From Vicinamibacterales bacterium (GTDB taxonomy: Bacteria; Acidobacteriota; Vicinamibacteria; Vicinamibacterales; JAMQPK01), in NCBI GenBank assembly GCA_035281225.1, contig DATEEI010000123.1:99631-163630 (forward strand): 64,000 nt of DNA, read 5' to 3'. Both the position numbers and the translations under genes were made by a program. Shown here in pieces: positions 60,864-64,000 of this stretch. Positions within the stretch are counted from its first letter, which is position 1; each line of letters begins with the position of its first letter. The notes beneath the pieces were generated by a model. The model was not told where the DNA came from. It ran no database searches and was given only the letters and a program-made list of their open reading frames with translations.

Positions 60864-62525
60864 ATGATGCGTTCGTCCGAACCATTCCATCACTTCGTCG
60901 ACGACTATCTCGCCTATCTCCACGAAGTTCACCCCACCAGTGCCACGCTGGACGGGATACACACGTACGACGACCATATTGAGGACCTGAGCCGGCAGGG
61001 AGTCGAACAGCATACCCGTGCGCTCGCCGGCTTCTCTCGCCGCCTTCAGGACATCAACGCCAACGATCTGACAGCCGTCGAAAAGGCTGAGCAGCCGATG
61101 GTGGCGTCGAACATCCAGGCTCGGGTCTTCGAGCTGGAACACACCCGCACGTGGGAGCGCAACCCGCAGCTCTATTCGGACACACTCTGCTCGAGCCTGG
61201 CCGCGCAGGTCGTGTTCACCCATGCACCGCTCCCGGAGCGCGCCCGTCGCGTGCTGTCAAAACTGCGGCAAACGTCCCGGGTCGTGCAGGCGGCGCGCGA
61301 CAACATCAAGGATCCGCCCGGCATCTTCGTCAAGGTCGGCCTCGATACGTTCCGCGGCGCGCTGAGCTTCATCGAGAAAGATCTACCGCGCGCCTTCTCG
61401 GCCCTCGACGACATGCACCTGCTCGGCGACCTCGCCGATGCCTCAAGCGAAGCGGCGAAGGCCATCGGCAGTTACATTCAGTACCTCGAAGAGGAGCTCC
61501 AATCGAAGGCCCGGGCGTCGTTCCGCCTCGGGAAAGACATGTTCGAGCGAAAACTGAAGCTCGACGAAGGCATCCCGCTCGACGCGGACCGGCTGCTGGC
61601 GATTGCACTGCGGGAATTCAGGGCCACGCAGGAGGAATTCAGAACGCTCGCAGGTAAGCTGAACGGCGGAGATCCGATCGCCGCCTGGCGAAAGGCCAAA
61701 GACAAGCACCCGGCGCCGGGCGAGCTGTCGGCAGCCGCGCAGGAGCAGCTCGACGAGCTCAGCACCTTCATCGATCGAAACGGCATCGTCACGAGGCCAG
61801 AAGGGGAGCCGGTCATCGTGGCCCCGACTCCTGAGTTCTATCGATGGTCCTTTGCCAGCATGTGGGTGCCCGGCCCGTTCGAAGTCAAGCCGAGACGGGC
61901 GCTCTACTACTTGACGGACGCCGATCCCTCATGGCCGGCGGACAAGCAGGAAGAGCATCTCCGCGACTACAACTACCCGACGCTGTGGTCCATCTCGATT
62001 CACGAGGTCTATCCCGGCCACTTTCTTCACTATCAGTTCCTTCGGCGTGTCGAGTCGAAAGTCCGCAAGTCGATCATGTTCGCGCCGGCGTCGTTCGTGG
62101 AAGGCTGGGCGCATTACACCGAGCAGATGATGATCGAGGCGGGGTTCCGGGGGAACGACCACATGTTGAAGCTCGGCCAGCTCGCCGAAGCGCTCATCCG
62201 CCTCGGGCGGTTCATCGTGAGCATTCGCCTGCACGTCGAAGACTGGTCGGTCGAACAGGGCATGCGCTTCTTCCGCGACGAGTGCTTCATGGAAGAGGGC
62301 GGCGCGCGGCGCGAGGCCGAGCGCGGCACGTTCAACCCGACGTACCTCGTCTATTCCGTCGGCAAGCTGATGCTGTTGAAGCTGCGGCGAGATTACAAGG
62401 ATCAGCAGGGCGCCAAGTACTCGCAGCGCGCGTTCCACGATCAGCTGCTCGGCAACGGCACCGCGACGTTCGCCGTCCAGCGACAGCTGATGCTCGCCGA
62501 TCCGTCCGGCGACCTGCTCGAGTAG
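60864..62525 (+). CDS. DUF885-family protein (putative metallopeptidase-like)
   Basis: 553 aa. SIHEVYPGHFLHYQF is the HExxPGH motif typical of DUF885. Confidence 0.75.
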   Translation: MMRSSEPFHHFVDDYLAYLHEVHPTSATLDGIHTYDDHIEDLSRQGVEQHTRALAGFSRRLQDINANDLTAVEKAEQPMVASNIQARVFELEHTRTWERNPQLYSDTLCSSLAAQVVFTHAPLPERARRVLSKLRQTSRVVQAARDNIKDPPGIFVKVGLDTFRGALSFIEKDLPRAFSALDDMHLLGDLADASSEAAKAIGSYIQYLEEELQSKARASFRLGKDMFERKLKLDEGIPLDADRLLAIALREFRATQEEFRTLAGKLNGGDPIAAWRKAKDKHPAPGELSAAAQEQLDELSTFIDRNGIVTRPEGEPVIVAPTPEFYRWSFASMWVPGPFEVKPRRALYYLTDADPSWPADKQEEHLRDYNYPTLWSISIHEVYPGHFLHYQFLRRVESKVRKSIMFAPASFVEGWAHYTEQMMIEAGFRGNDHMLKLGQLAEALIRLGRFIVSIRLHVEDWSVEQGMRFFRDECFMEEGGARREAERGTFNPTYLVYSVGKLMLLKLRRDYKDQQGAKYSQRAFHDQLLGNGTATFAVQRQLMLADPSGDLLE

Positions 62526-62533
62526 GACGATTT

Positions 62534-62872
62534 ATGCCTTTGTACGAGTACGAATGCGACGCGTGCGGACATCGGTTCGAGAAGATCCAGAAGTTCTCCG
62601 ATCCGCCTGCCGACGTGTGCCCGAAGTGCGGCGAGAAGAAGGTGCACAAGCTGATGTCCAGTCCGGCCATCAAATTCAAAGGGTCGGGCTTCTACATCAA
62701 CGACTACGCGCCGAAGAGCGCTGCGAGCGGGGACTCGAAAGAGTCGGCTGCGAAGAAAGATACGGCCTCGAAAGACACGACCTCAAAGGACAGCGGGTCC
62801 TCCGACTCGAGCAAGAGCGCGTCGGCCTCATCCGACAAGACGCCGGCCGCGAGCAAATCGTCGACTGAGTGA
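62534..62872 (+). CDS. FmdB-family zinc-ribbon protein with a Ser/Lys-rich tail
   Basis: MPLYEYECDACGHRFE....CPKCG is the FmdB CxxC-CxxC signature. The start is the internal ATG of a longer shadow ORF. Confidence 0.75.
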   Translation: MPLYEYECDACGHRFEKIQKFSDPPADVCPKCGEKKVHKLMSSPAIKFKGSGFYINDYAPKSAASGDSKESAAKKDTASKDTTSKDSGSSDSSKSASASSDKTPAASKSSTE

Positions 62873-63823
62873 TCACTCACTCTTCGATGAGTGGTTCCGG
62901 AAGGTGCTGCGGCGCTCGATATTTTCCATGCGCAGGTAGGTACGGAACGCTTCGCCGAGATCGGGCCGTCTCAGCGCGAAGTACACCACGGCCTGGAGAT
63001 ATCCGAGCTTGTTGCCCGTGTCGTGGCGCGAGCCTTCAATTTCATAGGCGAAGATGTCTCGCTGCTTGAGAAGCTTACGGAGTCCGTTGGTGAGCTGAAT
63101 CTCCCCAGTGCCATCGCTTGCCGTCTCCCGAAGCGCAGGGAAAATGTCGGGCGTCAGCAGATATCGACCGATGATGGCGAGATTGGAGGGAGCCGCTTCC
63201 CGCTTCGGCTTCTCGACGAGGTCTCTCACACGGTGGATGCCCTTGCCGAGATTCAACTCGGGATGGATGTCGACGATGCCGTAGTTCGAGACCTGGTCTG
63301 CAGGCACGCGCTCGACCGCCAGCACGGGCCCGCCCACCTTCTCGAACACGTCAATCATCTGCTTCAACGCCGGTGGCGTGGCGTCGATCACGTCATCCGC
63401 GAGGATCACGGCGAAGGGCTCGTTGCCCACCAATTCTGCGGTCACCAGCACGGCGTGACCGAGGCCGAGCGGTTCGCCCTGCCGCACGTAGGCGACCTTG
63501 ATCATGTTCGAGATCTTTCGGATCTCCTCGAGCAGCTCCGTCTTGCCGCGCTGCTGCAAGAAGCTTTCGAGCTCGATGTTGACGTCGAAATGATCTTCGA
63601 TCGCGTTCTTGCCGCGACCGGTGACGATGATGATGTTGTCGACGCCGGACGCCACGGCTTCCTCGACGCCGTACTGGATGATCGGCTTGTCGACCAGGGG
63701 AAGCATTTCCTTCGGCTGCGCCTTCGTCGCGGGAAGAAACCGGGTGCCGAGCCCGGCAGCGGGGAAGACGACTTTGCGGACGCTGGATTTCACGCGCCAT
63801 ATTGTACTCGGATAGGATTTCAC
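62873..63823 (-). CDS. galU: UTP--glucose-1-phosphate uridylyltransferase
   Basis: KVVFPAAGLGTRFLPATKAQPKEMLPLVDKPIIQY. Possible starts are the GTG at 63823 or the GTG at 63793. Confidence 0.9.
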   Translation of the reverse strand: MKSYPSTIWRVKSSVRKVVFPAAGLGTRFLPATKAQPKEMLPLVDKPIIQYGVEEAVASGVDNIIIVTGRGKNAIEDHFDVNIELESFLQQRGKTELLEEIRKISNMIKVAYVRQGEPLGLGHAVLVTAELVGNEPFAVILADDVIDATPPALKQMIDVFEKVGGPVLAVERVPADQVSNYGIVDIHPELNLGKGIHRVRDLVEKPKREAAPSNLAIIGRYLLTPDIFPALRETASDGTGEIQLTNGLRKLLKQRDIFAYEIEGSRHDTGNKLGYLQAVVYFALRRPDLGEAFRTYLRMENIERRSTFRNHSSKSE

Positions 63824-63824
63824 G

Positions 63825-64000
63825 ATGCTGGATCCCGGTTTCCTGCGCGACCATCAGGACGAAGTCAAGCGTGGCCTCGAGAGCCGCGGCATGAACGCGG
63901 ACCGAGAGCTCGAGCAGCTGGCGATGCTGGAGAACCGCCGCCGCCGGCTGATTCCCGAGCTCGAGGGGTTGAAGCGGGAGCAGAACGCGTCGGGCGACGA
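63825..64000 (+). CDS. serS: Seryl-tRNA synthetase, N-terminal part (runs off the right edge)
   Basis: My translation gives MLDPGFLRDHQDEVKRGLESRGMNADRELEQLAMLENRRRRLIPELEGLKREQN, typical of the SerS N-terminal coiled-coil arm. Confidence 0.8.
   Translation, partial: MLDPGFLRDHQDEVKRGLESRGMNADRELEQLAMLENRRRRLIPELEGLKREQNASGD

Noticed and set aside
63786-63824. The direct 10-mer repeat GGATTTCACG occurring twice, 30 nt apart, in the galU-serS divergent region.
   Set aside because: It is short, and may lie inside the galU coding region depending on the true start. It has no palindromic partner, so there is insufficient evidence for a regulatory site.

Overview
This is a high-GC (by eye about 60-65%, not computed), gene-dense bacterial chromosomal window centred on the replication-origin neighbourhood. 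On the minus strand, rpmH-rnpA-yidD-yidC-jag-mnmE-mnmG-rsmG-parA-parB diverge from dnaA-dnaN-gyrB-gyrA on the plus strand. The dnaA-dnaN spacer holds a perfect DnaA box (TTATCCACA) and an AT-rich tract, and a 16-bp parS palindrome lies upstream of parA. Gene content (TonB_C, SurA, Wzm/Wzt, YidC with a large periplasmic domain, FliA, NtrC) indicates a diderm; the taxon cannot be named without a database search. Other housekeeping blocks are an F1-only ATP synthase cluster (atpHAGDC) running with tiny gaps into wzm-wzt-hldC-mfd-surA-nusG paralog, then uvrD-glmS-glmU, rsmI, galU and the start of serS. No rRNA, tRNA, CRISPR array, transposase or integrase was seen. Five things look non-routine. 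(1) An 11-gene minus-strand chemosensory operon (10590-21941) is led by a REC-like/PAS/coiled-coil gene built from about 6.5 tandem 147-bp (49-aa) repeats and broken by a single in-frame TAG. It is followed by a PilZ gene lacking the RxxxR motif, one MCP, cheA-W-R-D-Y-X-B and a trailing orphan TRAP-type solute-binding protein. (2) A regulatory cluster (1445-7309) holds a soluble hybrid histidine kinase, a FliA-type sigma factor with a long C-terminal tail, an excisionase-type HTH, an 84-aa stand-alone DHp-like mini-protein and an NtrC-type activator; together these could form a phosphorelay. (3) A family of GC-rich palindromic elements (core CGTAGG[G/C]CGGGTC) occurs in two intergenic sites and, translated in frame, in linker regions of mfd and wzt, giving both proteins the peptide EQDPAY. 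(4) Two unrelated heptanucleotide tandem-repeat tracts flank glmU. (5) One protein fuses a periplasmic binding-protein-like domain to a TonB C-terminal domain. All functional calls rest on motif recognition in the supplied translations; no searches were run.
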